From Sphyrna mokarran (lineage: Eukaryota): 64,000 nt of DNA. Both the position numbers and the translations under genes were made by a program. Within the stretch, counting starts at the first letter, position 1, and each line of letters begins with the position of its first letter. Positions 63,740 through 64,000 of the stretch are shown here, one piece after another. The DNA is taken from the NCBI GenBank assembly GCA_024679065.1, contig JAGIQG010000019.1, positions 36,890,001 to 36,954,000 of the forward strand, in the 5' to 3' direction. Below the pieces are notes generated by a model. That model was given only the letters and a program-made list of their open reading frames with translations, was not told the origin of the DNA and ran no database searches.

Positions 63740-64000
63740 ATGCCATTCAAAGTTTCAAGGAATACACTTTGAGAAACACAGATTGCTTCGACAAGATGTC
63801 ACATGGGACACTCAAAAACTATAGCTCACTTGCCAGAACTGTGAAAGTCATCTCTCCAAAGCAGCAAGACATATTGGACAATATTGTGGGGGCAGGTGCT
63901 TCAGATATTGAGAAAGAAGTGAAAGCTGCGCATCTCCTGTCATTGCCCCAGGAAGGAAACTGCTCTTCAAAGCGAGTCCTGCTAGTAGGTGATGCAGGAG
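63740..64000 (+). CDS. Gene 2 (probable): start of an exon encoding a pre-NACHT region and a partial Walker A of a NACHT/P-loop NTPase; truncated by the window end
   Basis: Acceptor ccctttcag|, phase 1, open to the window end: DAIQSFKEYTLRNTDCFDKMSHGTLKNYSSLARTVKVISPKQQDILDNIVGAGASDIEKEVKAAHLLSLPQEGNCSSKRVLLVGDAG. Absent from the ORF track because it has no stop in the window. Confidence 0.72.

Noticed and set aside
5779-64000. Assigning gene symbols (CTLA4, PDCD1, SIRPA, NCR3, CD276, HHLA2, NLRP3)
   Set aside because: Domain architectures match none of them exactly; orthology needs phylogeny and synteny

Overview
Vertebrate genomic DNA, very likely a cartilaginous fish (shark), judged from its repeat content (HE1-type SINEs, abundant CR1, Rex1/Babar, Penelope-like ends, Harbinger remnants). 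The species cannot be determined. Most of the ORF track is transposon debris, but manual splicing gives two tandem plus-strand immunoglobulin-superfamily genes. Gene 1 (CDS 5779-21229, 6 exons, 336 aa) is leader + germline-joined VJ-type V domain with a CD28/CTLA-4-like 'C-x6-PPP-x4-IGxGT' loop + C1 domain + TM + tail with two ITIMs, i.e. a non-rearranging antigen-receptor-like inhibitory receptor. Gene 2 (CDS from 47077, running off the window end) is leader + single B7-family IgV + TM, then two phase-compatible exons. The last ends at the window edge in '...KRVLLVGDAG', the start of a Walker A motif with NLR/NACHT-like upstream spacing. Best hypothesis: a linked CD28-like inhibitory receptor and B7-like ligand, the ligand carrying an intracellular NACHT/P-loop domain (a membrane-anchored Ig-NLR). 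Gene 2's leader exon appears to be exonised from the antisense strand of a Harbinger transposase, and its candidate promoter has an ISRE/IRF cluster. All gene models come from hand-read splice signals and reading-frame phase, with no transcript or database evidence.
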